Source of the DNA: an uncultured Bacteroidota bacterium
GTDB taxonomy: Bacteria; Bacteroidota; Bacteroidia; Flavobacteriales; Flavobacteriaceae
Length of the DNA: 64,000 nucleotides
Direction of reading: 5' to 3'
Assembly (NCBI GenBank): GCA_902560045.1
Contig: CACEKJ010000004.1
Span: 12,224 to 76,223, forward strand
Shown: piece after piece, positions 37,619 through 48,110 of the stretch
How the letters are laid out: every line of letters starts with the position of its first letter
How positions within the stretch are numbered: the stretch's first letter is position 1
Notes under the pieces: model-generated
What the model was told of the DNA's origin: nothing
Database searches by the model: none
Seen by the model: only the letters and a program-made list of their open reading frames with translations
Program-made: the position numbers and the translations under genes

Positions 37619-39419
37619 AAATTTTTTTGGCTTTTTTGCTTCCCACTATCTGATTAAGTTCTTCAATTTTTTGCATTTTTATATTTTTCAAAGACTTGAA
37701 TTTTTTCATTAGATTCAGGAATGTTTTTTCTCCAATACCTGGAATACGTTGTAATTCACTGTCCAAAAAAGAATTATCTCTTCTATTTCTATATTGTCTT
37801 AGACTAAATCGGTGTGCTTCATCTCTTAATTTTTGTATTAATTTTAAAGAAGGAGATCTTTTATCAATATAAACTGGAGTGCTTTCACCATAAAAATATA
37901 TTTCTTCTAATCTTTTGGCGATACCTATAATACTGATTTTTTTTTCAAGACCTAATTTTTTCAAGGACTTGACCGACGAGGATAATTGTCCCTTACCTCC
38001 GTCAATAATTATTAGGTTTGGCAAACTTTTATTTTCATCTATCAATCTAGAGTACCTTCTGAAAACAACCTCTTCCATGGAGGCAAAATCATCTGGAGAG
38101 GTAACTGATTTGATGTTAAAATGTCTATAATCTTTCTTTGAAGGCCTTCCGTTTTTAAAAACAACACATGCTGATGAAGGAAAACTTCCTTGAAAATTTG
38201 AATTATCAAAACACTCTATGTGTTTTGGAAGAGTATTCATGTTTAGGTCGTTTTTTAATATTTTCAATATCTTTTGAAATGAATCTAAATTTTCAAGATT
38301 TTTATTTGATTTAAAAATATTAATCTTATAATTTTTAATGTTTCTAATTGACATTAGCAGCAAATGATTTTTGTCACCTGCCTTTGGTACAATGCATTTT
38401 TTATAATCCATCGAATCAACAAAAATATTTGAACACAACTCGGTTGATTTTGATCTAAATTTAACTTTAATCTGAGAAATCAACTGTTCAAGTATAAGTT
38501 GATCTTCAGTCACATTTGTTTTTTTTACATGTGTGTTGAAGGAACTTATTATAAACCCATTAGAAACCTGAGTAAAATTTATATAGGCATAATTATTATC
38601 TGAAATGATTGAATAAATATCTAAATTCTTTATTCTTGAACTAACAATCATTGATTTAGACTGATAGTTTTCTAATGCCTTCAATTTGTTCTTGCATTCT
38701 AATGCCTTTTCAAATTCCTCTTTATTTGAAAAGCTTAACATCTGCTGTTTTAACTGAATTTTTGATTTTGAAAACCTGCCTTTTAAAATATTTTTTACGG
38801 AGTTTATTATAAGATTATAATTTTTTTCTGAAATTAAGTTTTTAGAATTGTGATTTTCAGTTTCAAATCCCAAAATAATAAAGTGGCTTTTTTTCTCTAA
38901 AACCCTTAAAGAAATTTTATTGTTTAAGTCATTAATAAATTTTTGATTTAAATTATAGTTTCCTTTCCTAATTGGATATATATTATTAATCAAATCCAAA
39001 AGAGTATTTATCGTTTTAATATTTGTGTAGGGACCAAAATATTCTGAACCATCATTAATTATTTTTCTGGTTGAAAAAATCCTTGGGAATCTTTCATTTT
39101 TTATACAAATCCATGGATAAGATTTCCCATCTTTCAGCAAAATATTATACTTAGGTTTAAATTTCTTTATTAGATTGTTCTCTAAAAGAAGTGCATCTGA
39201 CTCGGTATCTACCAAAACAACTGAGATGCTTGAAATGTTAGAAACTAGGGATCTTGTTTTTTCATCACTTTTTTTCCCAGTGAAATATGATCTGACTCTT
39301 TTTTTTAAATTTTTGGCCTTTCCAACATAAATTACTCTGTCCTTGTTGTTCAAAAATTTATAAACACCTGGAGAAGTCGTAATGTTTTTTAAATATTCAG
39401 AAATAGGACTCTTTTCCAT
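37599..39419 (-). CDS. uvrC: Excinuclease ABC subunit C
   Basis: GIY-YIG N-terminus (GVYKFLN..VIYVGKAKNLKKRVRSYF), the UvrBC-interaction region, the endonuclease V-like domain and a C-terminal (HhH)2. Confidence 0.9.
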   Translation of the reverse strand: MEKSPISEYLKNITTSPGVYKFLNNKDRVIYVGKAKNLKKRVRSYFTGKKSDEKTRSLVSNISSISVVLVDTESDALLLENNLIKKFKPKYNILLKDGKSYPWICIKNERFPRIFSTRKIINDGSEYFGPYTNIKTINTLLDLINNIYPIRKGNYNLNQKFINDLNNKISLRVLEKKSHFIILGFETENHNSKNLISEKNYNLIINSVKNILKGRFSKSKIQLKQQMLSFSNKEEFEKALECKNKLKALENYQSKSMIVSSRIKNLDIYSIISDNNYAYINFTQVSNGFIISSFNTHVKKTNVTEDQLILEQLISQIKVKFRSKSTELCSNIFVDSMDYKKCIVPKAGDKNHLLLMSIRNIKNYKINIFKSNKNLENLDSFQKILKILKNDLNMNTLPKHIECFDNSNFQGSFPSSACVVFKNGRPSKKDYRHFNIKSVTSPDDFASMEEVVFRRYSRLIDENKSLPNLIIIDGGKGQLSSSVKSLKKLGLEKKISIIGIAKRLEEIYFYGESTPVYIDKRSPSLKLIQKLRDEAHRFSLRQYRNRRDNSFLDSELQRIPGIGEKTFLNLMKKFKSLKNIKMQKIEELNQIVGSKKAKKIYDHFNS

Positions 39420-39466
39420 TACTCAAATATACCACGAAATGTTTCTACTATATAAAAAGGATTCAG

Positions 39467-39850
39467 CTATTTCTGCATGTTTTTAGCTTCAATACTTAAA
39501 GTGGCATGAGGCACAAGCTTTAGTCTTTCAATAGATATAAGCTTACCGGTAACTCTACATATCCCGTAAGTTTTATTCTCAATTCTAATCAATGCAGTTT
39601 TTAAGTCCCTTATAAACTTTTCTTGTCTTAGGGCTAATTGTGAATTTGATTCTTTACTCATAACGGTACTACCCTCGTCAAAAGCTTTAAATGTTGGAGA
39701 GGTATCTTCAGTACCGTTATTATGGTCGTTCATGTAAGCACTCTTGATCAACTCAAGATCATGCTTTGCTTTGTCTATTTTTTCATTTATTAGCTTTTTG
39801 AATTCTGCTAAATCTGAATCTGAATATCTAATATTTACATCTTTACTCAT
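39467..39850 (-). CDS. DksA/TraR-family protein with a degenerate (Cys-poor) zinc finger
   Basis: 127 aa with a coiled-coil N-terminus and the C-terminal sequence YGICRVTGKLISIERLKLVPHATLSIEAK. It lies directly downstream of ileS, the usual position in Bacteroidota. Confidence 0.75.
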   Translation of the reverse strand: MSKDVNIRYSDSDLAEFKKLINEKIDKAKHDLELIKSAYMNDHNNGTEDTSPTFKAFDEGSTVMSKESNSQLALRQEKFIRDLKTALIRIENKTYGICRVTGKLISIERLKLVPHATLSIEAKNMQK

Positions 39851-39854
39851 AGTT

Positions 39855-42800
39855 TTAAACTTTTGTTATAAATATTTTAGTTTTTAATTTGTCAAAAAAT
39901 ATTTCGTGACCCCCCTCTTGCTGGACATTAAACTGTATAGCATTCGCAAGTGTCTCTGATTTTACATACTCTAAATTGTTATTAATAGCTTTTTCAATTT
40001 CAAAATCACCTGAGAAATTTAAACCAATTCTGTCAGTAACCTCAAAACCATTCGATTTTCTCAAATTTTGAATCTTACTAACAATTTCTCTTGCAATTCC
40101 TTCTTCCATTAATTCTTGGTCTATGGAAATATCTAATGCAACAGTTATATTGCCTTCGTTAGCTACCAACCAACCTTCGATATCTTTAGAGGAAATATCA
40201 AAATCATCTACGTTGAAAGTTATAGATTTTTTATTAATAATTAAATCAATTTTTCCTGTTTTTTCCAACTCTAGAATTCTGGTGTTTTCAAGTAAATTAG
40301 TTTTAGAGGAAATTTCTTTCATGAACTTTCCGTATTTAGGACCTAATTTTTTAAAATTGGGTTTGATTGATTTCACAAGTAAATCAGATTTTCCTTCAAT
40401 GAATTCTATATTCTTTACATTAACCTCTCTTTTAATTTCTTCTGAAACTGAGTTAATTATATTTTTTTTATTTAAGCTGTCAACTGGGATTAAAATCCTA
40501 TTTAAAGGCTGTCTTACCTTAATTTTTTCTTTTGCCCTTAAAGACAATGTAAGAGAAGAAATTATTTGCGCATAGTTTATCTTTTCTTGTAAGTCTTTGT
40601 CAATCTTAGATGCATCAGAAACCGGAAAGCTTTCAAGGTGAACACTCTCTGAAAATTTTCCATCAACATTTCTGGTTAAATCCTGAAACATTTTGTCCAT
40701 AAAAAAAGGGGAAATTGGTGCAGAAATTTTACATATATCAGCTAAAACAGTGAATAATGTTTGATATGCAGAAATTTTATCAAGCTCATATTCTCCTTTC
40801 CAAAATCTTCTTCTACTTAATCTAACATACCAATTACTCAAATTGTCAATAACAAAATTAGATATCTCTCTAGCTGCTTTTGTAGGTTCATAATCCTCGT
40901 AAAATTTTTCAACTTTAGAAATAAGTGTGTTTAATTCTGAAATAATCCATCTGTCTAATTCTGGTTTTTCTTCGAATTTGATTTCATTTTCTTTATAATT
41001 AAAGTTGTCAATATTGGCATATAAGGCGAAAAACGAATAGGTATTATAAAGTGTTCCAAAAAATTTTCTTTTAACCTCGTCAACTCCGTTAATGTCAAAC
41101 TTTAAATTATCCCAAGGATTTGAATTTGAAATCATATACCACCTTGTAGCATCAGGTCCATAATCAGAAAGGGTTTTGAACGGATCTATCGCATTGCCTA
41201 ATCTTTTTGACATCTTTTGACCATTTTTGTCTAGTACCAATCCATTTGAAATAACATTTTTATATGAAACAGAATCAAAAACCATTGTACTAATTGCGTG
41301 TAAGGTATAAAACCAGCCTCTGGTTTGGTCAACTCCTTCAGCAATAAAATCAGCAGGAAAAAATTTATTGCTATCTATATTCTCTTTATTTTCAAATGGA
41401 TAGTGCCATTGAGCATAAGGCATACTTCCAGAATCAAACCAAACATCTATTAAATCTTCTTCTCTTTTCATTTTCTTTCCAGAATTTGAAACCAAGATTA
41501 TACTGTCAACAACATTTTTATGAAGATCTATTTTTGAGTAATTTTCATCAGACATGTTGTTTAATTTGAATTCAGAAAATATATTTTCCCTCATGAAACC
41601 TTTTTCTACAGACTTTTCAATTTCTTTGATCAATTCTTCTACAGAGCCGATACATATCTCTTCTTTTCCATCCTCGGTTCTCCAAATCGGAAGGGGTATA
41701 CCCCAAAATCTAGATCTTGAAAGATTCCAATCGTTTACATTTTCAAGCCATTTCTCAAACCTACCTTCACCGGTTGATTTTGGTTTCCAATTAATTTTAT
41801 TGTTTAATGATACCATTTTGTCTCTAAAGGAAGAAGCTTTAATAAACCAAGAATCAATCGGATAATACAAAATGGGTTTATCAGTTCTCCAACAATTTGG
41901 GTAACTGTGTTTGTATTTTTCTACTTTAAAAGCTTTGTTTTCTGTTTTTAGTTTAATTGCAATTTCAACATCAACTGACTTTTCTGGGACATTATCCTTT
42001 TCATAATACTCATTTTTCACAAACTTACCAGCTAATTCGCGCATTTCAGGTCTAAATTTTCCTTGTAAATCAACCAAGGGGACCAAATCACCATTAGAGT
42101 CTTTTACTAACATTGGGGGAACCGGAGGTTTTGCAGATTTAGCTACTAATGCATCATCTGCACCAAATGTAGGGGCAGTATGAACGATTCCGGTACCGTC
42201 AGTAGTCGTTACAAAATCACCTAAAATTATCCTAAAAGCGTCTTTTGGGTTTTCATAGGGGACTGCATAATCAATTAATTGTTCGTATTTGATATTTTCT
42301 AATTCTTTACCCAAAAAGGAATTTATTTTTACAAAGGGAATTTTCTTTGCATTGAATTCATATTCTGCTAAATCTTGTAAATTATCAGATTCATAATATA
42401 CATTTGAAAACTGTTTTGAAATTAAATCTTCTGCAACAATATAGTCAGCCTTGATTCCTGTATATTGATTAAATGATCTTATTAAAGAATACTTGATTTT
42501 TGGACCTACGGTCAAAGCAGTATTACTTGGCAAAGTCCACGGAGTAGTTGTCCATGCTATTACAAAAATATCTGTATCACTATTTAAAAAATCAGGTAAA
42601 TTTTTGTTTAGAAGTTTAAACTGAGCCGTGACAGTTGTGTCAGAAACGTCTTGATATGTACCCGGCTGATTCAACTCATGAGAACTAATTGCTGTTCCTG
42701 CTTTTGGAGAATATGGTTGAATCGTATACCCTTTATACATAAGTTCTTTGTCATAAATTTGTTTTAATAACCACCAAACAGATTCCATGTATTTAGGAGT

Positions 42801-43253
42801 ATATGTTACGTATGGGTTATTAACATCTACCCAGTATCCCATTTTTAAAGTCAAATCATTCCAAATATCTGTGTATTTCATGACTGCTTTTTTGCACTCC
42901 TCATTATAATCCTCAACACTAATCTTTTTACCTATATCCTCCTTTGTGATTCCTAAACTATTTTCAACTCCAAGTTCAACGGGCAAACCATGAGTGTCCC
43001 ATCCGGCTTTTCTCTGCACATAAAAACCTTTCATAGTTTTAAATCTTAAAAAAATATCCTTAATTGATCTAGCTAAAACATGGTGAATTCCAGGAAGCCC
43101 ATTTGCCGAAGGAGGTCCTTCAAAAAATATATATGGATTTTTACCTGAGGTCTTATTTACAGATTTTTTGAAAATTTCATTTTTTTTCCAATAGGAAAGT
43201 ATTTCTTCAGAAATTTTTGGAAGGTCTAGATATTTATATTCGTTAAAATTCAT
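39855..43253 (-). CDS. ileS: Isoleucine-tRNA ligase (long, type 2 form)
   Basis: 1,132 aa with PPSANGLPGIHHV (HIGH region) and KMSKRLGN (KMSKS), plus the CP1 editing domain. Confidence 0.95.
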   Translation of the reverse strand: MNFNEYKYLDLPKISEEILSYWKKNEIFKKSVNKTSGKNPYIFFEGPPSANGLPGIHHVLARSIKDIFLRFKTMKGFYVQRKAGWDTHGLPVELGVENSLGITKEDIGKKISVEDYNEECKKAVMKYTDIWNDLTLKMGYWVDVNNPYVTYTPKYMESVWWLLKQIYDKELMYKGYTIQPYSPKAGTAISSHELNQPGTYQDVSDTTVTAQFKLLNKNLPDFLNSDTDIFVIAWTTTPWTLPSNTALTVGPKIKYSLIRSFNQYTGIKADYIVAEDLISKQFSNVYYESDNLQDLAEYEFNAKKIPFVKINSFLGKELENIKYEQLIDYAVPYENPKDAFRIILGDFVTTTDGTGIVHTAPTFGADDALVAKSAKPPVPPMLVKDSNGDLVPLVDLQGKFRPEMRELAGKFVKNEYYEKDNVPEKSVDVEIAIKLKTENKAFKVEKYKHSYPNCWRTDKPILYYPIDSWFIKASSFRDKMVSLNNKINWKPKSTGEGRFEKWLENVNDWNLSRSRFWGIPLPIWRTEDGKEEICIGSVEELIKEIEKSVEKGFMRENIFSEFKLNNMSDENYSKIDLHKNVVDSIILVSNSGKKMKREEDLIDVWFDSGSMPYAQWHYPFENKENIDSNKFFPADFIAEGVDQTRGWFYTLHAISTMVFDSVSYKNVISNGLVLDKNGQKMSKRLGNAIDPFKTLSDYGPDATRWYMISNSNPWDNLKFDINGVDEVKRKFFGTLYNTYSFFALYANIDNFNYKENEIKFEEKPELDRWIISELNTLISKVEKFYEDYEPTKAAREISNFVIDNLSNWYVRLSRRRFWKGEYELDKISAYQTLFTVLADICKISAPISPFFMDKMFQDLTRNVDGKFSESVHLESFPVSDASKIDKDLQEKINYAQIISSLTLSLRAKEKIKVRQPLNRILIPVDSLNKKNIINSVSEEIKREVNVKNIEFIEGKSDLLVKSIKPNFKKLGPKYGKFMKEISSKTNLLENTRILELEKTGKIDLIINKKSITFNVDDFDISSKDIEGWLVANEGNITVALDISIDQELMEEGIAREIVSKIQNLRKSNGFEVTDRIGLNFSGDFEIEKAINNNLEYVKSETLANAIQFNVQQEGGHEIFFDKLKTKIFITKV

Positions 43254-43307
43254 TGGTTATTTGAAAAATTTACCGAGTCAACGAAAATACTAAATTTAGT
43301 TTAACAA

Positions 43308-44666
43308 TTATGAAATGTGATCTATCAAATCCTCAATTCTTGTCAAATAAACAACTTCGATTTTTTTAGAAGAAATTACGTCACAATATTTTGAAACAAA
43401 TATTTTGGAAAATCCAAGTTTTTCGGCTTCTTTAATTCTTTGATCAATTCTACTAACTGGTCTAATTTCACCGGAAAGACCAACTTCTGCAGCAAAACAA
43501 TATTCCTCAGGAATACTAATGTCATTATTTGAAGACATAATTGCAGAAATTATAGCTAAATCATTTCCTGTATCCTCAACTTTCAGCCCACCTGTAATAT
43601 TTATAAATATGTCTTTTGATCCTAGATGAAAGCCTGCTCTTTTTTCTAATACTGCCAACAACATATTAAGTCTTTTAGAATTTATGCCTGTTGAACTTCT
43701 TTGAGGCGTGCCGTATACTGCAGAACTAACCAACGCTTGCACCTCAACAAGGAATGGTCTTGAGCCTTCAACAGATGCGCATATAGCGGTGCCACTTAAT
43801 TTTTGATCTGATTTTCCAATTAAAATTTCTGACGGATTAACTATTTCTTTCAGCCCCTCATTGATCATTTCGTATATTCCTATTTCATTTGTCGACCCAA
43901 ACCTATTCTTTTTAACTCTTAAAATTCTGTACAAATGATTTCTATCACCTTCGAATTGTAATACGGTGTCTACCATGTGTTCTAAAACTTTTGGGCCAGC
44001 AATATTACCATCTTTATTGATGTGACCAATTAACATTATTGGGATTGAGGTTCTTTTCCCAAAATTTATCAACTCAGCAGTACATGTTTTTAATTGGGTT
44101 ATGCTTCCCTGCATTGAATCAATTGAACTTGTGGTTAAAGTCTGTATTGAATCAATTATTAATAAGTTTGGTTTAGTTTTTTCAGCTTGAGAAAAAATAT
44201 TTTCCAATTTATTTTCTGCATAGATTAAACAATCTTTGTTAGAGTAACTTATTCTGTTGGCTCTAATTTTAATCTGACTCTCACTCTCTTCACCAGAAAC
44301 ATATAAAACTCTTTGTCTAATTTTTAGTGAGAGCTGTAAAAACAATGTGCTTTTTCCAATACCTGGCTCTCCTCCCAAAAGTGTGATTGAACCGGGTACT
44401 ATACCTCCACCAAGTACTCTATTGAACTCATTATCATTTGTTTTAATCCTGAATTCATCTTTAATTTTAATTTCATCAATGGATTTTGGAGTATTTTTTG
44501 TACTGTTTAGGTCTGATTTTGTATGATCCCACAATGATTTTTTAGAAACTTCTATGAACTCCTCTGAAATTGAATTCCATGAATTACATTTATTGCATTG
44601 ACCTTGCCATTTTGCATATTGAGCTCCACAGTTTTGACAATAAAAAGAACTTTTCAATTTTGACAT
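43308..44666 (-). CDS. radA: DNA repair protein RadA/Sms
   Basis: N-terminal zinc ribbon CQNCGAQ...CNKCNSW, Walker A GEPGIGKST, the KNRFG motif and a Lon-like C-terminal domain. Confidence 0.95.
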   Translation of the reverse strand: MSKLKSSFYCQNCGAQYAKWQGQCNKCNSWNSISEEFIEVSKKSLWDHTKSDLNSTKNTPKSIDEIKIKDEFRIKTNDNEFNRVLGGGIVPGSITLLGGEPGIGKSTLFLQLSLKIRQRVLYVSGEESESQIKIRANRISYSNKDCLIYAENKLENIFSQAEKTKPNLLIIDSIQTLTTSSIDSMQGSITQLKTCTAELINFGKRTSIPIMLIGHINKDGNIAGPKVLEHMVDTVLQFEGDRNHLYRILRVKKNRFGSTNEIGIYEMINEGLKEIVNPSEILIGKSDQKLSGTAICASVEGSRPFLVEVQALVSSAVYGTPQRSSTGINSKRLNMLLAVLEKRAGFHLGSKDIFINITGGLKVEDTGNDLAIISAIMSSNNDISIPEEYCFAAEVGLSGEIRPVSRIDQRIKEAEKLGFSKIFVSKYCDVISSKKIEVVYLTRIEDLIDHIS

Positions 44667-44668
44667 AA

Positions 44669-45844
44669 TTAAAAATTAAAATCATCTTGAATTCTGTCTG
44701 CTAATTCTAGTAAATAATCTTTTGTTAAACCCTGAACTTCATTCATATTGTATGCAGATCTATAAATTTTCATAGCTCTCTCAGGATCTCCGGTTTCTTC
44801 ATAATATCTACCCTTGTAATAACTTGGTAAAATTGTTCCAGAATAAAATTCATTTGCATATTTAGAAAGCTCGTCATAATAATTATATTGTTCTTTCGAC
44901 TCTATATATTCTTCGATTGCCATAAAATCATTCATTGAAACTTTTTTTTCTAAACCATAATAACTCTTTATGTTTTTATATTTTTCTCTTAAATAATCAA
45001 CAGGTGATGATTCCAACTTTGAGATTATCGAATCATACTCAATTTTGTCTATATCTTTGTAAAGTGAATAAGTCTCACGGATAGATCTTGGAACGCTTAA
45101 TGTTGGAAGAGTATAATGATTTTCTTGGTCATAAATAAAAGATTTGAATTTCAAACTTTTATTTTTAACAGAATCTAAGGATTTAGAAAAATTTAGAACA
45201 TCTTCATAAATAGTTTCAAAATCTTGTTTTGATGAAGAAACTGTGTAAAGAATATTAGCATTGGTCCGACTTAAATTCTCGATCAAATATTCCTTCATAT
45301 TTTTTGAGAATTTAGGACTTATAGAAATATACCCCCTTATGAGTGGGTCATTCTTTAATAAAAAGAAATTAATAAAATTAGCAGTCCGTTCCTGTCCTAA
45401 AACTGTAATAAAATCAGACGCTCTATAATTTTTTGACAGGTATGGTATTAGTTCTTGAACGATAAAATCATAAAAATTTGCAGTCGATGTTATCGGAGTA
45501 TTATTTACATTATCAAAAACACTTGAGTCTTTGAATCTGGAATCAATTTGTTTTATACCCACAACCAAGTTTTCTGGAATATCGCCCCAATAGGACAAGT
45601 AATCTACCGTACCAGAAACCATATTAAATAAATGATCTCCATCCATTATTATCATTAACGGGTATTTTTTCTTATCATCTTTGTCAAATGATCTAGGTAG
45701 CTGAATTTCAAAGGCTCTTTTCTCCAGTAAAATTTTAGATGCTATCGTGTCGTTAATTTTGGAAACATACAATGAATCTAAATTTTGGCCAAAACAAAAA
45801 TTTGAGTAGACTATAAATAGAAAAATAAACCTGAGGAATTTCAT
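44669..45844 (-). CDS. Putative esterase-family alpha/beta hydrolase with TPR-like C-terminal region
   Basis: Signal peptide. The block YPLMIIMDGDHLFN...YWGDIPENLVVGI resembles the PF00756 'putative esterase' family. I found no clear GxSxG, so the assignment is tentative. Confidence 0.5.
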   Translation of the reverse strand: MKFLRFIFLFIVYSNFCFGQNLDSLYVSKINDTIASKILLEKRAFEIQLPRSFDKDDKKKYPLMIIMDGDHLFNMVSGTVDYLSYWGDIPENLVVGIKQIDSRFKDSSVFDNVNNTPITSTANFYDFIVQELIPYLSKNYRASDFITVLGQERTANFINFFLLKNDPLIRGYISISPKFSKNMKEYLIENLSRTNANILYTVSSSKQDFETIYEDVLNFSKSLDSVKNKSLKFKSFIYDQENHYTLPTLSVPRSIRETYSLYKDIDKIEYDSIISKLESSPVDYLREKYKNIKSYYGLEKKVSMNDFMAIEEYIESKEQYNYYDELSKYANEFYSGTILPSYYKGRYYEETGDPERAMKIYRSAYNMNEVQGLTKDYLLELADRIQDDFNF

Positions 45845-46800
45845 ATGCTCTTACTTCTGTTAATGAAAGGTAAGACAAATAGTGATAATCCTCCAAAAAT
45901 TACAACCATCAATGTTTGAGATAGCCACATCACCCAACCAAAAGCAAGGCCTGTAGCTGATTGTACTCCATACCATCCTAAAGACTCTTCAACAGCCAAA
46001 GGATAAATTCCTATCCCTCCGTTTGAAAGCATAATTGATAAGGCAGCCAAAGTAAAAGAAATCGTCAACTGGAAAAAAGTAACCTGATTTAAATCAACAA
46101 ATGCTTTTGAAGTAAAATAAAACATTAAGACATACATTAACCATATAAAAATAGAATGAAATATAAATTGATTTCTGTTTTTCATTTTAAAAATTATGGT
46201 AATTCCGTCAATTAATCCACTTAAAAATGATTTGATTTTTTTATAAAATTTAAATCTTTTAATGACAAAATAAACCGTTGCCGTTACAATTACTGCAATC
46301 AATATAGATAATAGAACTGTTGAAAAATCTGATTCCTCGACAAAGTCAATTAATTTATTTGAAATTTTATCAAATTCTTTGATTAAACCAATCAAGATTA
46401 TAATAAGAATACACAGTACATCCACAGCTCTTTCAGCTACAATGGTCCCAATTGCTTTTTCAAAAGGAATATTTTCATATTTAGAAATAAATGTACCCCT
46501 TGCAATATCGCCTGCCCTAGGAACCGTGTAATTAATAAGATATGCTGAAAAAACAGTTAAAACACTATTAATAAAACCCAATTTATAGCCCAAAGGTTCA
46601 ATTAAAAACTTCCATCTATATGACCTTGAAATGTGACTTAAAGCTCCAAGGAAAATTCCAACAAATACCCATAAATAATTTATTTTAGTAAAGTATTCTT
46701 TGAATTCAGAAAAACTTATGTCTTTAAAGGAATAATAAATACAAAACACTCCGACAAAAATTGGAAGCAAATTTTTTAAGTTTATTTTATTAGCGCTCAA
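45841..46800 (-). CDS. UPF0104 / lysylphosphatidylglycerol-synthase-TM-like (flippase-like) membrane protein
   Basis: 319-aa polytopic membrane protein with the conserved RSYRWKFL and PRAGDIARG motifs of this family. Confidence 0.7.
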   Translation of the reverse strand: MSANKINLKNLLPIFVGVFCIYYSFKDISFSEFKEYFTKINYLWVFVGIFLGALSHISRSYRWKFLIEPLGYKLGFINSVLTVFSAYLINYTVPRAGDIARGTFISKYENIPFEKAIGTIVAERAVDVLCILIIILIGLIKEFDKISNKLIDFVEESDFSTVLLSILIAVIVTATVYFVIKRFKFYKKIKSFLSGLIDGITIIFKMKNRNQFIFHSIFIWLMYVLMFYFTSKAFVDLNQVTFFQLTISFTLAALSIMLSNGGIGIYPLAVEESLGWYGVQSATGLAFGWVMWLSQTLMVVIFGGLSLFVLPFINRSKSI

Positions 46801-46801
46801 T

Positions 46802-47155
46802 TTATTTTAATAGATTATTTTCTTCATTCGGAAAAATTATACTTGGTTTAAAATTCTTAGCTTCTTCAAAACTAATGGATGCATATGTGATTAAAATTAA
46901 AATATCTCCGATACTTACCTTTCTTGCTGCAGCACCATTTACGGTAATTTCGCCCGAACCTCTTGAGCCAGGAATCACATAGGTCTCTAATCTTTCTCCG
47001 TTATTATTATTTACAATTTGGATTTTTTCACCCTCAATAATATTTGCAGCATCCATCAGATCTTTGTCAATTGTTATACTTCCAATATAATTTAAATCAG
47101 CTCCGGTTACTTTTACCCTGTGAATCTTAGATTTTAAAATTTCAATATTCATCAA
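46802..47155 (-). CDS. panD: Aspartate 1-decarboxylase
   Basis: 117 aa with [23 protein letters not shown], containing the self-processing Gly-Ser site. Confidence 0.95.
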   Translation of the reverse strand: MMNIEILKSKIHRVKVTGADLNYIGSITIDKDLMDAANIIEGEKIQIVNNNNGERLETYVIPGSRGSGEITVNGAAARKVSIGDILILITYASISFEEAKNFKPSIIFPNEENNLLK

Positions 47156-47158
47156 AAA

Positions 47159-48007
47159 TCAATATAATTTTATATTATCAATTAGTCTTACACCAGAAAT
47201 ATCGGCTGCTATAAACGCTCGATATTTTTGATTTTTTTTCTTATGCTTAATTGGCTTTAAGTCATTTTCATCAGCGATTGCAAAATAATCAATACTAATC
47301 TGAGGAAAATTTTGAAGAAGATCTTCAACTTTAGCGTATATTACTTCTAAATCTAGAGTGTCGAAATTCTTTTTTGCAAAACTAAGTGCTTTGAACAAAT
47401 TTGTTGCTATATTTTGTGAAGAAATATCTAATTTTTTATTTCTAGAACTAAGTGCAAGCCCATCATTTTGCCTAATGGTTTTACATCTTATGACATTTAA
47501 TTTATATCCATTTTTTTGTACAAGAACTTCGATTATTCTTAACTGCTGAAAGTCTTTTTCCCCAAAATAAACATTATCGGCCGATACTATTTCAAACAGC
47601 TTATTTACAACTGTTGCAACTCCCTGAAAATGACCCTTTCTGTGCTTACCTTCCATATATTTATCTAAATCACCGAAGTCGTATGAGTCGGAAACAACCT
47701 TTCCTGAATATATTTCTTCGGTATCTGGTTTAAATAAAATTATATTTTCTGAAATTGAGTCCAAAAGTTCAATATCTCTAGAAATATTAATTGGATAGGA
47801 TTTGTAATCATTGATATTATTAAACTGTGTAGGATTTATAAATATAGAGACTACAGAATAATCATTTTCTAAAACAGATTTTTTTATAAGAGATGTATGT
47901 CCGTTATGTAACGCCCCCATTGTAGGTACAAATCCGATTTTTACATTATCATTTTTTAATTTTCTTAAATGATTTTTAAAACCTACGATATTATTAAAAA
48001 TTATCAT
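47159..48007 (-). CDS. panC: Pantoate-beta-alanine ligase
   Basis: PTMGALHNGH, FINPTQF and FGEKDFQQ motifs. Confidence 0.95.
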   Translation of the reverse strand: MIIFNNIVGFKNHLRKLKNDNVKIGFVPTMGALHNGHTSLIKKSVLENDYSVVSIFINPTQFNNINDYKSYPINISRDIELLDSISENIILFKPDTEEIYSGKVVSDSYDFGDLDKYMEGKHRKGHFQGVATVVNKLFEIVSADNVYFGEKDFQQLRIIEVLVQKNGYKLNVIRCKTIRQNDGLALSSRNKKLDISSQNIATNLFKALSFAKKNFDTLDLEVIYAKVEDLLQNFPQISIDYFAIADENDLKPIKHKKKNQKYRAFIAADISGVRLIDNIKLY

Positions 48008-48068
48008 TTTAATAAAAAATTAACAGCATGTAAACTTAATACATTGCAATTAATCTACATAATTTTTG

Positions 48069-48076
48069 TAATTTTG
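48069..48076 (+). promoter_or_regulatory. Candidate -7 box (TAATTTTG) for the glgA-like/DUF4270 genes
   Basis: Matches TAnnTTTG with a TTG at 48044-48046, 22 nt upstream. It lies 34 nt before ATG 48111. Confidence 0.3.
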
Positions 48077-48110
48077 CTTCCTCTTAGGGACACTTCAAAA
48101 AAAAGAATTA

